From Candidatus Binatia bacterium (lineage in GTDB: Bacteria > Desulfobacterota > Binatia > Bin18): DNA of 64,000 nucleotides. The notes beneath the pieces were generated by a model, which was not told the origin of the DNA, made no database searches, and saw only the letters and a program-made list of their open reading frames with translations. Numbering within the stretch: position 1 is the first letter of the stretch; every line of letters starts with the position of its first letter. Positions 55,768-64,000 of this stretch are shown piece after piece. Location: positions 2,074,947 to 2,138,946 of the forward strand of contig OZ246888.1 in NCBI GenBank assembly GCA_965231775.1, in the 5' to 3' direction. Both the position numbers and the translations under genes were made by a program.

Positions 55768-57474
55768 ATGGCTTCTGCACCGCTGATGACCGAACAGAGA
55801 GACCTTGAGGAGAGCTGTGTTTGTGTCGAGTGCGGACAGGCCAATATCGTCGGCGAAACTTTTTGTACCGCCTGTGGCGTAGCGCTTGAAGAAGCAGGTG
55901 AGAGGGAGTCGGTCCCCCCTCTCGAACCGCTGCCAATCGGCACCGTTCTGGCTGATAGCTATCGTCTGACCACCCTCCTCTCGACTGGACAGGAAAATCG
56001 TTACCGGGCGGTTTGTCAGACTGACGAAGACCGGCCCTACCTCGTAGCGGAACGGTCAAACGACCAGACCGATACCCATCCGAGTGGCGCGTTTCGGTTG
56101 TCCGAACAGCTTGCCGAGATTCATCATCCGGCCCTGATTCTCCCCCAAGAACGTTTTGAACGTGGCGGCCGGGTCTATCTCATGACGCCGAGTCAGTCCG
56201 GTCTCCCGCTGAGTCAGCGCATTGGCCGGACATCGGAGCGGGAGGCGGCCGGCTGGGGAGTCCAGTTATGCCAGGCCGTGGATGTTTTGCACCGGCATGG
56301 ACTCTTATGTGTCGAACTGCCTCCGGAAAATATCCTGCTCGACAAGACGGGCCGGTTGCACCTCACCCAATTCGATGCGATCCGTCTCAGAGACACGGTT
56401 GAGGAGCATCCCGTGTTGACAGACGGCTATGCTGCGCCCGAGGCATACAAGGCCCAGGTATTAAATGAAGCCGCCGATGTGTTTGCACTCGGCGCCTGCC
56501 TGTATGCCGTGCTGGTGGGGCGGCGCTTGCCCGTTGAGGGCTGGGCGGTTCAGCCTGAGCCACCCGTCTTCTATCCTGAGAAAGTTCTGACTCCTGAGTG
56601 TGAGCGCATTTTAAGCAGAGCGTTGGCCCTTGAGCCTACGGAGCGCTATGCGGACTTGGAAGCGCTGAAACATGATCTGCTTGCGCTGAGCCAATCCATG
56701 CATATCCGTTCGGCCTGGCGGACCGATGTCGGACAGGTGCGCGACCATAACGAGGATGCCGTTCTGGTCAAAGAGGTCGGGCAGGGCAGTATAGCCGGCG
56801 ATGATTTTCGGGGGCTGTATATTGTGTCAGACGGGATGGGTGGGGCCGAAGCCGGTGAGGTCGCGAGCCAGATTGCCATCCAGACAGTAGCGCGCCAAGT
56901 CGAAGCAGCCTGGGCCGAGAGTGAGGCGGAAGAGGAAGTGGACGCTGCCGCCTGGGAGAGCTGTTTGCGTGAGGCGGTTGCGGCGGCCAATGCCCGGATA
57001 GTCCAATACGGAAAAGATCACCCCGAGTCGGCCGGCCTAGGGGCCACGATCGTGGCCGCGTTGATCCAGGCGGGACAACTGGCGCTGGCCTGGGTCGGGG
57101 ACAGTCGGGTCTATCTGCTGGAAAACGGAGTGTTGCACCAGCTCTCGCACGATCATTCCCTGGTCGCCCGGCTGGTCGAAATCGGCCAACTGACGGAAGA
57201 AGAGGCATTGACTCACGAGCACCGCAACGTCCTGATTCGGTCCTTGGGCAGCAAGGAAAACGTAAAGGTTGATACGCTCTCGCGACTGCTGAAGCGCGGC
57301 GTCCGCCTCCTCCTGTGCAGCGATGGGCTGACCAGCCATGTGCTTGATCCGGCGATCGCCGATATTATGAGTCGCCACCGGACTCCGCACGAGGCCGCCT
57401 TGGAACTGACTGTCGCGGCCAATACCGCGGGCGGCAGCGATAATACCTCGGTGGTTGTTGTCTTCCACGAGTAG
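55768..57474 (+). CDS. Zinc-ribbon + kinase-like (predicted pseudokinase) + PP2C Ser/Thr phosphatase fusion.
   Basis: CVECGQ...CTACG ribbon. The kinase-like domain has the HRDLKPEN catalytic loop replaced by LLCVELPPEN and the DFG motif replaced by TQFD. The C-terminal PP2C motifs are VSDGMGG, GATIVAA and CSDGL. Confidence 0.8.
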   Translation: MASAPLMTEQRDLEESCVCVECGQANIVGETFCTACGVALEEAGERESVPPLEPLPIGTVLADSYRLTTLLSTGQENRYRAVCQTDEDRPYLVAERSNDQTDTHPSGAFRLSEQLAEIHHPALILPQERFERGGRVYLMTPSQSGLPLSQRIGRTSEREAAGWGVQLCQAVDVLHRHGLLCVELPPENILLDKTGRLHLTQFDAIRLRDTVEEHPVLTDGYAAPEAYKAQVLNEAADVFALGACLYAVLVGRRLPVEGWAVQPEPPVFYPEKVLTPECERILSRALALEPTERYADLEALKHDLLALSQSMHIRSAWRTDVGQVRDHNEDAVLVKEVGQGSIAGDDFRGLYIVSDGMGGAEAGEVASQIAIQTVARQVEAAWAESEAEEEVDAAAWESCLREAVAAANARIVQYGKDHPESAGLGATIVAALIQAGQLALAWVGDSRVYLLENGVLHQLSHDHSLVARLVEIGQLTEEEALTHEHRNVLIRSLGSKENVKVDTLSRLLKRGVRLLLCSDGLTSHVLDPAIADIMSRHRTPHEAALELTVAANTAGGSDNTSVVVVFHE

Positions 57475-57487
57475 CGAGGCATTGTCG

Positions 57488-59863
57488 ATGTCACGGAATG
57501 AAAGCGGTCAGCTCGAACCCGGAACGGTCCTGGCTGGCCGGTATCAGATTGAGCGTTTTCTGGCGGGCGGCGGGATGGGCGTCGTCTATGTTGCCCAGGA
57601 TCAGCGGCTGGCTGAGCGACAGGTCGCCATCAAAGAAATTTTTGACCGGTTTACGAATCCCGAAGAACGCGCCCAGGCCATCGAGTATTTTCATCGCGAG
57701 GCCGACACGCTGGCCCAACTCACCCATCCGGCCATTCCCGCCATTTTTGATCGTTTCGGTGAGGGCAATTGCCATTATCTGGTGATGGATTTTGTCGAAG
57801 GGGTCAATCTGGAACAGGAAATCGCCGGCCTGGGCGGTCGGCTCCCCGAGAGCCGGGTCATCGAGATTGGCCGGGAACTGTGCGACGTGTTGACCTATCT
57901 GCATGGCTTTTCTCCGCCCATCATCTATCGGGACATGAAACCGGGCAATGTGATCCTCCGGCCGGACGGGCGCATCACGCTGATTGACTTCGGCATTGCC
58001 AGAATTTTCTCTCCCCAGGGTAAAGCCACCCTGATTGGCACGCCTGGATTTGCCCCGCCCGAGCAATACTCGGGACAGGTCGATGAACGGTCCGATCTTT
58101 ATGGCCTGGCGGCAACCCTGCACTATATCCTGACCGGTCGTGACCCGGAGAAGCACCCGCCGTTCTCGTGTCCGCCGGTGCTTTCGGAGAAGCCTGACGC
58201 GGCGCCTTTCCTGGCCCAGGCGGTTGACCAAGCCCTGGCGTATAAAGCGGAAGAGCGGCCTCAGAGCGCGGAAGCGTTCAAGGATATGTTTCTGTACGGG
58301 CGTGGACTGGGTGCGGCTCCCCAGCCCGGCTCGTCCCAAGCCGCGACCCAAATCCTGGAGCCTTTGGCGGCGCCGCTTGAGGAGTCCCTCACGGCCGAGC
58401 CGCCGCACAAGAAACGGCGCTGGGGGCGGATGCTGGCCAGCCTTGTTTTTTTGCTGCTGCTGACTGGCGGGGCATATGGACTGTTCACCTCTCCCGAGCT
58501 GCTGCAGGGCAATCCGGTCGCGCGTGTGGGAGAAAAGATTCCGTGGCAGCAGATTGAAACCTGGCTGCCGGAATCTCGGCGGGCCGGGTTTCGGGCGTTT
58601 GTTGCGGAGTTACCCTGGGAGCGGGAGAAACGCCTGCGCGCCCTGCGGGCTGAGCCGCTCGAATTGGTTTCTCTCAACCTGCTGAATACCTCGCGCGACG
58701 GCACGCCACTGTCGGAGGTCAAGGACAGCTATACGCTGGGTGAGGTGCAATATCTGACCTGGGAAGTGGTGCTGAAAAACAAGCTGTTTGAGGTCGAGGG
58801 CGGGCAGCATCGGCTGGAAGGCCGCTTTTTCGACCCTGAGGGCGGCCTGGCCGGGAAAAGCGAAGCCGGCCGGTTTGTCCGGCCCGAAGAGGAACAGCTT
58901 GAGCTGCGGGGCGTGACCCTGCTTGAGGGGCTCAAGGAGCGGGCGACGGGTGATTATCAGCTTGAGCTCTACCTGGGAGATGCCAAGCTGGCCAGTCAGA
59001 CGGTCCGGATAGAGGCCGACCCGGTCCAGGTCGCAAAAGCCGAGGTGGTAGAAGAAAAGGAAGGCGGTGTCGCTGGTAGGGCCGATGTCCCGGCAGTTAT
59101 TGGACCGACACCGGAGGAAGAGCGCGCCCGGCGTGTGACAGAGGAAAAACGGCTGACCCTCATCCAGGAACGGAGCAAGGAACCGCTTTCTCTGGTCTCC
59201 GTCCGCTTTTTCAATACGGCAAAAAATGGTGACCCTTTATCCAAGCCGGCGACCTCGTTTGGTGCATCACAACTCCGCTACCTGGCCTGGGAGGCAGATT
59301 TTCAGAACCAACTCCACGAGCTGTTGCCCTCTCACCACCGGGTCACCGCAACCTATTTTGCCCCGAATGGTCAGATTCTTGGGACGGTCGAAGACGGAAA
59401 AGAAGTTTCGGATAAAACAGAGAAGGTGACGTTTACCGCCAGAATCGGCAATGCCAGTGGGGGCGCCTTTCTCCCAGGCGACTATCGGGTTGACTTTTAT
59501 GTCAACGGCTACCCGCTCTCGTCCAGAAAATTCAGCGTCAGGGATGATCGGGACTTGGCCTATATCCTCACCTCGCACCAGGGGAGTATCCTCGGGCTCG
59601 GTCCTGAGCGTGAGGTTCCCTTTGAGGTGCATTTTCAACCGCATAGTAATGGGATGTTGCGCGGTAGTCTGGTGATTCACGCGCGCGGATTCGGTCCAGC
59701 CTCCCTAGAAGGAAGCCTACAGGATAATCACATTGCCTTTCAAAGTCAGATTGGCAATCGCGTTTATCATTTCCAGGGCTGGCGTGAAGAGAATCGGCTC
59801 AGCGGAACCTATCGTGTCGGGTCGTCCGAGGATGTGAGCGGAAATTGGTCACTGCAACTCTAG
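57488..59863 (+). CDS. Hanks-type Ser/Thr protein kinase with a TM segment and a large extracytoplasmic beta-rich domain.
   Basis: GGGMGVVYVA...VAIKE (VAIK), IYRDMKPGNVIL, DFGIA and GTPGFAPPE, followed by a TM helix (MLASLVFLLLLTGGAYGLF). The track starts at 57455. Confidence 0.8.
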   Translation: MSRNESGQLEPGTVLAGRYQIERFLAGGGMGVVYVAQDQRLAERQVAIKEIFDRFTNPEERAQAIEYFHREADTLAQLTHPAIPAIFDRFGEGNCHYLVMDFVEGVNLEQEIAGLGGRLPESRVIEIGRELCDVLTYLHGFSPPIIYRDMKPGNVILRPDGRITLIDFGIARIFSPQGKATLIGTPGFAPPEQYSGQVDERSDLYGLAATLHYILTGRDPEKHPPFSCPPVLSEKPDAAPFLAQAVDQALAYKAEERPQSAEAFKDMFLYGRGLGAAPQPGSSQAATQILEPLAAPLEESLTAEPPHKKRRWGRMLASLVFLLLLTGGAYGLFTSPELLQGNPVARVGEKIPWQQIETWLPESRRAGFRAFVAELPWEREKRLRALRAEPLELVSLNLLNTSRDGTPLSEVKDSYTLGEVQYLTWEVVLKNKLFEVEGGQHRLEGRFFDPEGGLAGKSEAGRFVRPEEEQLELRGVTLLEGLKERATGDYQLELYLGDAKLASQTVRIEADPVQVAKAEVVEEKEGGVAGRADVPAVIGPTPEEERARRVTEEKRLTLIQERSKEPLSLVSVRFFNTAKNGDPLSKPATSFGASQLRYLAWEADFQNQLHELLPSHHRVTATYFAPNGQILGTVEDGKEVSDKTEKVTFTARIGNASGGAFLPGDYRVDFYVNGYPLSSRKFSVRDDRDLAYILTSHQGSILGLGPEREVPFEVHFQPHSNGMLRGSLVIHARGFGPASLEGSLQDNHIAFQSQIGNRVYHFQGWREENRLSGTYRVGSSEDVSGNWSLQL

Positions 59864-59928
59864 GCCGGGCTATGATGGCGGCTGTTGGTATAAACATAGG
59901 GCATTGAGCAGACTTTAAGCGGAGCAGT

Positions 59929-60786
59929 ATGGAACTTTCACGCGAACGACTTGTCCTGTATAGCGGGGCCGGGCTTCTGGGCGGTCTTGCCGGCTGGGCC
60001 GCAGCCGACCCTCTGGCCGCAGTGGGGAATGTCTATCTCCGAGCTATGGGCCTGGGAGGAGTGACTGGTATTTGTGTTGGTGCGTTTATAGGGGCCATTG
60101 AAGGGCTCAGTGCCGGGCATAAGAACAAGACTTGGCAGGGCGTGAAGCTGGGCGGACTTGCCGGTCTGGTGGGCGGGACGATTGGCCTCCTTATGGGAGA
60201 GTTGGTGTACGGTCAGGTAGGTGGTCTTGGTGGGCGCGTTATCGGCTGGGGAATGTTTGGGCTTGCCGTCGGGCTCGGAGCCGGCGGGGTCGGCCAATCG
60301 TTAGTCCGTTTACGCAACGGCGCGATTGGCGGTTGCATCGGCGGGGCCATCGGGGGCGCGCTCTTTCAGTTGGCCACCTCCCTCTTTTCGCAGACGGCTG
60401 GCCGTGGGGTTGCCCTGGCCATCTTGGGAGCGATGATTGGTCTCTGGATCGGTCTGGTCAGTGAGATATTGAAGCGCGGCTGGTTTATGGTGATTCGCTC
60501 GCAAAGCCGCAATGCCCGCGAGGGCCGTGAATATCATCTGACCAAGCCTAAAACTACAATCGGTCGAGCCGAAGAAAGTGATGTCGGCCTGTTTGGCGAC
60601 CGCTCCATTGCCAACTTGCACGCGGTGATCGAAAAACACAAAAACACCTTCGTGCTTGCCAAAAACGAAGGACAGGTCAGCGTCAACCGGACTCCGGTCA
60701 CTCAGCCCGTCCAACTGAAAAATGGCGACCGGGTGGAGGTCGGCGGAACCTTACTCCTCTTTCGAGAGCGTGCCGGGAAAGAATAG
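59929..60786 (+). CDS. Glycine-zipper membrane protein with a C-terminal FHA domain.
   Basis: Multiple GxxxG-rich hydrophobic segments. The C-terminal FHA reads TTIGRAEESDV...NLHAVI...VNRTPV. Confidence 0.75.
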   Translation: MELSRERLVLYSGAGLLGGLAGWAAADPLAAVGNVYLRAMGLGGVTGICVGAFIGAIEGLSAGHKNKTWQGVKLGGLAGLVGGTIGLLMGELVYGQVGGLGGRVIGWGMFGLAVGLGAGGVGQSLVRLRNGAIGGCIGGAIGGALFQLATSLFSQTAGRGVALAILGAMIGLWIGLVSEILKRGWFMVIRSQSRNAREGREYHLTKPKTTIGRAEESDVGLFGDRSIANLHAVIEKHKNTFVLAKNEGQVSVNRTPVTQPVQLKNGDRVEVGGTLLLFRERAGKE

Positions 60787-60808
60787 GCAGGCCGGAGAGT
60801 GAGGTCAG

Positions 60809-62374
60809 GTGGAGAGTAGTATGAGATTGAAAGCCCGTTCCTCTCGGCAGAGCGTGACCCAAGCTGTGCGTGCGTTCCTCTATTGCCTGGCCTTCTGCTC
60901 GTTTCTGGCATCTCATGTCGTTGCGGCAGATTCAGTAGTTGTCTCTGTCACCAACCCCCAACTGGAGAATTTTACCAATGGCGGCGCGGTTGGCCTGTAT
61001 TTTAGTGCGACCGATTTACGCGGGCAGCCGATCGGACAACTCACGCCGGAGCATGTGACTGTGCAGGAGGACGGGCAGGACACCCAGATCATTGATTTCC
61101 GAGGCGAAGAACAGGGCCGGCCGGTTGATATCGTGGTGGTCTTCGATGTCACGGAAAGCATGGGGCCGTTCATTGACGGTATGAAAGAAGCGGCCATTGA
61201 TTTTGCCGACCGTCTGGCCAAGGCCAATCGGGATTATCGTTTGGGCTTGGTTACTTTTGAGGATTACGTGATTCGGGACGAGCGGGAATTCACCCGGAGC
61301 GCCCGCGAGTTCAAAAGCTGGATTGGTGCCCTGCGCCCGGCAGGCGGGGGGGATATTCCGGAGAACTCGCTCGATGCCATGTTGCTGGCCAGCCGCTTTC
61401 CGTTTCGGCCCGATGCCCAAGCTGTTCTCATCCTGATTACCGATGCTCCCAATCATACGCGCGGGGACGGCTCGGAAAAAACGAATCCCTACGGTCGAGA
61501 GGTCACCCAACTGTCGGGCGCGGAAGTATTGGCGGAAATCAAAAAGGCAAATCTGAACGTCTATGCGATCTCTCCCCCGCCCTTTATGGCTCCCGACTTG
61601 CAGCGGATCGCAAAGGAGAGCGCCGGGCGACATTACAATATTGTCAGTGAGGGAGAACGTTTTCCTGAGCTGATCGGCGAGATCGGCCGCTCGCTGGCGT
61701 CGCAATACTTCCTGACCTATACCAGTCCCCGCCCGGTCGAGGACGGGGCGGAACGGGCAGTCGTGCTGACCCTTCAGCATCCGAACGGAGAAGGGGAGGC
61801 GCGCGTATCCTATCAGGTGCGTGGGATTGGCGGTGCGCGAGTCGTCTCAAGCAGCTCAGGGTCGGGCACCACCCACCCGCAAACCCTTATTGCCTATGGG
61901 GTGTGGAATATGCTGGTTCCGCTCTTAGCCGCCGGAGGGCTGCTGCTGCTGGCGCGCGTCCGGCTTAACGAAATCCCAGCCGAAGTGCTGAGTCTGGTGA
62001 CGACGGCAACCCGTAAACCCGCTTCCACAGGCCCAAACTCAGCCCCAAACCCTGTTGTGCCGAAGAATTCTGCGCCGTACGCCCGACTTGTGCGCCAAAG
62101 CCCGTTTGAAGACGCGCCGCGCGAAATTGCTTTTTCCCGCGATGAAATGACGATTGGTCGTGGAGAGGAATGTGAGGCGATTATTCTCCACTCCTCCATA
62201 TCGCGCGAACATGCACGCATAAAAAAAGTCAAGCAGGGCTATGTGCTGCTCGATTTGCAGAGCCGAAACGGCATCCACATCAATGGTAAAAAGGTTGCCG
62301 AAAATCTTCTCAGAGATGGCATGCAGGTCCGTATCGGCGACGTGGAGTTTATCTTCTGCGCCGCCAATACGTGA
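60809..62374 (+). CDS. Secreted VWA domain + TM + C-terminal FHA protein.
   Basis: Signal peptide, the VWA segment VVVFDVTESM...LITDAPNH, a TM helix (MLVPLLAAGGLLLLA), and an FHA (MTIGRGEECEAIILHSSISREHARI). Confidence 0.8.
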   Translation: MESSMRLKARSSRQSVTQAVRAFLYCLAFCSFLASHVVAADSVVVSVTNPQLENFTNGGAVGLYFSATDLRGQPIGQLTPEHVTVQEDGQDTQIIDFRGEEQGRPVDIVVVFDVTESMGPFIDGMKEAAIDFADRLAKANRDYRLGLVTFEDYVIRDEREFTRSAREFKSWIGALRPAGGGDIPENSLDAMLLASRFPFRPDAQAVLILITDAPNHTRGDGSEKTNPYGREVTQLSGAEVLAEIKKANLNVYAISPPPFMAPDLQRIAKESAGRHYNIVSEGERFPELIGEIGRSLASQYFLTYTSPRPVEDGAERAVVLTLQHPNGEGEARVSYQVRGIGGARVVSSSSGSGTTHPQTLIAYGVWNMLVPLLAAGGLLLLARVRLNEIPAEVLSLVTTATRKPASTGPNSAPNPVVPKNSAPYARLVRQSPFEDAPREIAFSRDEMTIGRGEECEAIILHSSISREHARIKKVKQGYVLLDLQSRNGIHINGKKVAENLLRDGMQVRIGDVEFIFCAANT

Positions 62375-62409
62375 AATCGAAACGAGCGGAAGACTTCGAC
62401 GCCTGCATC

Positions 62410-63993
62410 CTAGCGGTACAACTCCTCGCGCTTGAGGGTGTGATCCGGCAGACGAATACGCGGGTAGAGTGAGGGCAGGCCGTCGCGGCCGAGCAGGAGA
62501 AAGTCAACCGGCACGAGCGGCATGGGGACTTCCAAGCCGACGTAGCTGCTGAACTGATCTCTGCCAAATGCCAGTCGGGTACCGAGGATGTCTCTGGGCA
62601 GCGTCCCCCGGACATCGAACCCTTCTCCCAGGCTCCCGGTGAGATAGGGAAGAATACGCCAGCCGTCTGCGTCGTTTTTTTCAAACTGACTCTTGAGGGT
62701 GATATCTGCCGGCTCCGCCCCTTGAACCAGTTTGGCAATTTCCCGGTCCCCACGATAACGGGCGTCTTCATAGCCCTTTTCGCGGAACTTGCGCCAAAAC
62801 TGCTGCCACGACGCGGTTGGTACCCCGTACACTTTGGGGCGAGGGCCGGTGTCGCTCTCCAACAGCAGAGTAATATCGCCATGTGGGGAGAGGATGATGC
62901 CGTCGTCCGTGAGCTCAACATTTCGCCAGTTGCCATCGTACAGTTCTCTTTTGAGTCCCAGCCCATGGGCGCCAAACAGGTCCGGGTTGTCGCGCAGGAA
63001 CATTTTGCTGAGCTGCAAGCCCTGGTTTTCAGGCCGACTGACCTGCTCGAACTCTTTGGCCGCTTCTTTTACCGCCTCAGTCTTGGGATAGTTCTCTAGC
63101 AGGCGACGCAGGTAGGCCTGCTTGTCCGTTTGATGCGGACTGGCTTTGGCCTGTTCGAGTAGGGCTGCTGCCGCGTTTTCCTGGAGCTTGGGAATCTCTT
63201 CTTCCATGCCGGCCAGGGCGTAATACTCAATGGCCTTCTCGGTCCGGCCTTCCTTGGCATAGGCTTTGGCCAGGATGGGGTAGATCTCCGGGGAGCGTTC
63301 CTCCAGCGGGGTCTGCTGCACGTATTTTTCGCCCTCGGTAATAATGCCTTGTTGGGAGACGGCTCGTCCGGTCATGACCTGCCAGAGTTTCCCCAAGGTT
63401 TGGATCATGGTCAGCCCACCAAAGGTGGCCGCGCCGACCAACCCCTCGGTGCCGAGTTGGAGGCCCGCCACAACAATATTGTCTTTGACAAAACCACCCC
63501 CTGGCAGCATATAGGTCAAGGTTTCTTTGCTGTGCTCCCACTCTGCCTGTTTCACGCCGGCCAGCGGGTCCTGGGGGGCCTCCGAGTCGTACTGGGTGAG
63601 GGCGTCATAGTGTTGCAGGCGGGACTCGACCTGCTGGACCCCGGCCTTGGCCTTTTCAGCGTTTTCGTCAACCAGCAGGGCGAGTTGATAATGGAAATTG
63701 GCCTGCCAATAGTCTTCTTCAGCGAATGCCTGCTTCGCCCGGGCTAACTCCGCCTTGACAAGGGCTTCCTTTCGTTTCGTATCCAGGGCTTCCATCCTGG
63801 CCCGGACTTCCGGAGCACGCGGGTCATGCGGGGCTTGTTCGAGGAAACGTTGATACAGGGCCAGGGCTTTTCGTTCTCGGGGACCTGGCCCTGAGTGCTG
63901 GCCAACCGAAGAGACGACGCCTTGCGCGGCGTATGGGCTAGGACTGGCAGGGGCACCAAGGAACAGCCGGGCCACGTCAAAGGTCGAGAGCAC
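62410..63993 (-). CDS. Hypothetical protein with TPR-like helical repeats. The start may lie beyond the window end.
   Basis: 527-aa ORF that is helical-repeat-rich in its N-terminal half and reaches within 7 nt of the window end. Confidence 0.55.
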   Translation of the reverse strand: MLSTFDVARLFLGAPASPSPYAAQGVVSSVGQHSGPGPRERKALALYQRFLEQAPHDPRAPEVRARMEALDTKRKEALVKAELARAKQAFAEEDYWQANFHYQLALLVDENAEKAKAGVQQVESRLQHYDALTQYDSEAPQDPLAGVKQAEWEHSKETLTYMLPGGGFVKDNIVVAGLQLGTEGLVGAATFGGLTMIQTLGKLWQVMTGRAVSQQGIITEGEKYVQQTPLEERSPEIYPILAKAYAKEGRTEKAIEYYALAGMEEEIPKLQENAAAALLEQAKASPHQTDKQAYLRRLLENYPKTEAVKEAAKEFEQVSRPENQGLQLSKMFLRDNPDLFGAHGLGLKRELYDGNWRNVELTDDGIILSPHGDITLLLESDTGPRPKVYGVPTASWQQFWRKFREKGYEDARYRGDREIAKLVQGAEPADITLKSQFEKNDADGWRILPYLTGSLGEGFDVRGTLPRDILGTRLAFGRDQFSSYVGLEVPMPLVPVDFLLLGRDGLPSLYPRIRLPDHTLKREELYR

Positions 63994-64000
63994 CCAATTG

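Noticed and set aside
1-64000. Scanned the whole window for rRNA, canonical tRNA and CRISPR arrays.
   Set aside because: None found. The only tRNA-like structure is the tRNA-like domain of the tmRNA at 31655..32006.

Overview
This is a high-GC (roughly 60-65%) bacterial chromosomal segment with about 60 protein-coding genes, read directly from the sequence and the ORF track.

Housekeeping content includes:
- two nitroreductase paralogs;
- ychF, a NUDIX hydrolase, an alpha/beta hydrolase, and a MaoC hotdog pair;
- 5-formyl-THF cyclo-ligase;
- a three-gene 'type E' succinate dehydrogenase/fumarate reductase (SdhA/SdhB plus an HdrB-like CCG-domain subunit);
- holA, several family-III CoA transferases, mtnA, nagZ, panB-panC;
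- smpB immediately followed by a complete tmRNA (ssrA) gene;
- a diheme cytochrome c plus a cytochrome c'-like gene, and mlaD.

Notable non-housekeeping content:
1. Three genes have an in-frame TGA followed 9-11 nt later by a GU-containing hairpin, so they are read as selenoprotein genes. Two are UGSC-motif proteins, one split from and one fused to a conserved partner protein; the third is a thioredoxin/peroxiredoxin-fold protein with a W-U-P-F-C motif. The ORF track splits each of them.
2. A foreign island directly downstream of the tmRNA 3' end carries a lower-GC ABC-type ATPase plus a small Toprim-like protein (an OLD/PARIS-like candidate defense pair). It also carries a complete type I R-M system (hsdR, hsdS, hsdM) with an embedded DUF4411/ImmA-IrrE pair and a HicB antitoxin with a truncated hicA remnant, an IS21 istB C-terminal remnant, and a Phd-like/RHH/PIN toxin-antitoxin cluster.
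3. A markedly lower-GC two-gene cassette of secreted/membrane proteins sits beside a VapBC module and an orphan DUF433 gene.
4. A Ser/Thr phospho-signalling cluster encodes VWA proteins, FHA proteins with zinc ribbons, a pseudokinase-PP2C fusion and an active Hanks-type kinase (TerY-P-triad-like).
5. An ORF-free, structured ~400-bp region with an intrinsic terminator lies upstream of a minus-strand gene and is a candidate leader or ncRNA.

No rRNA, canonical tRNA or CRISPR array was seen.
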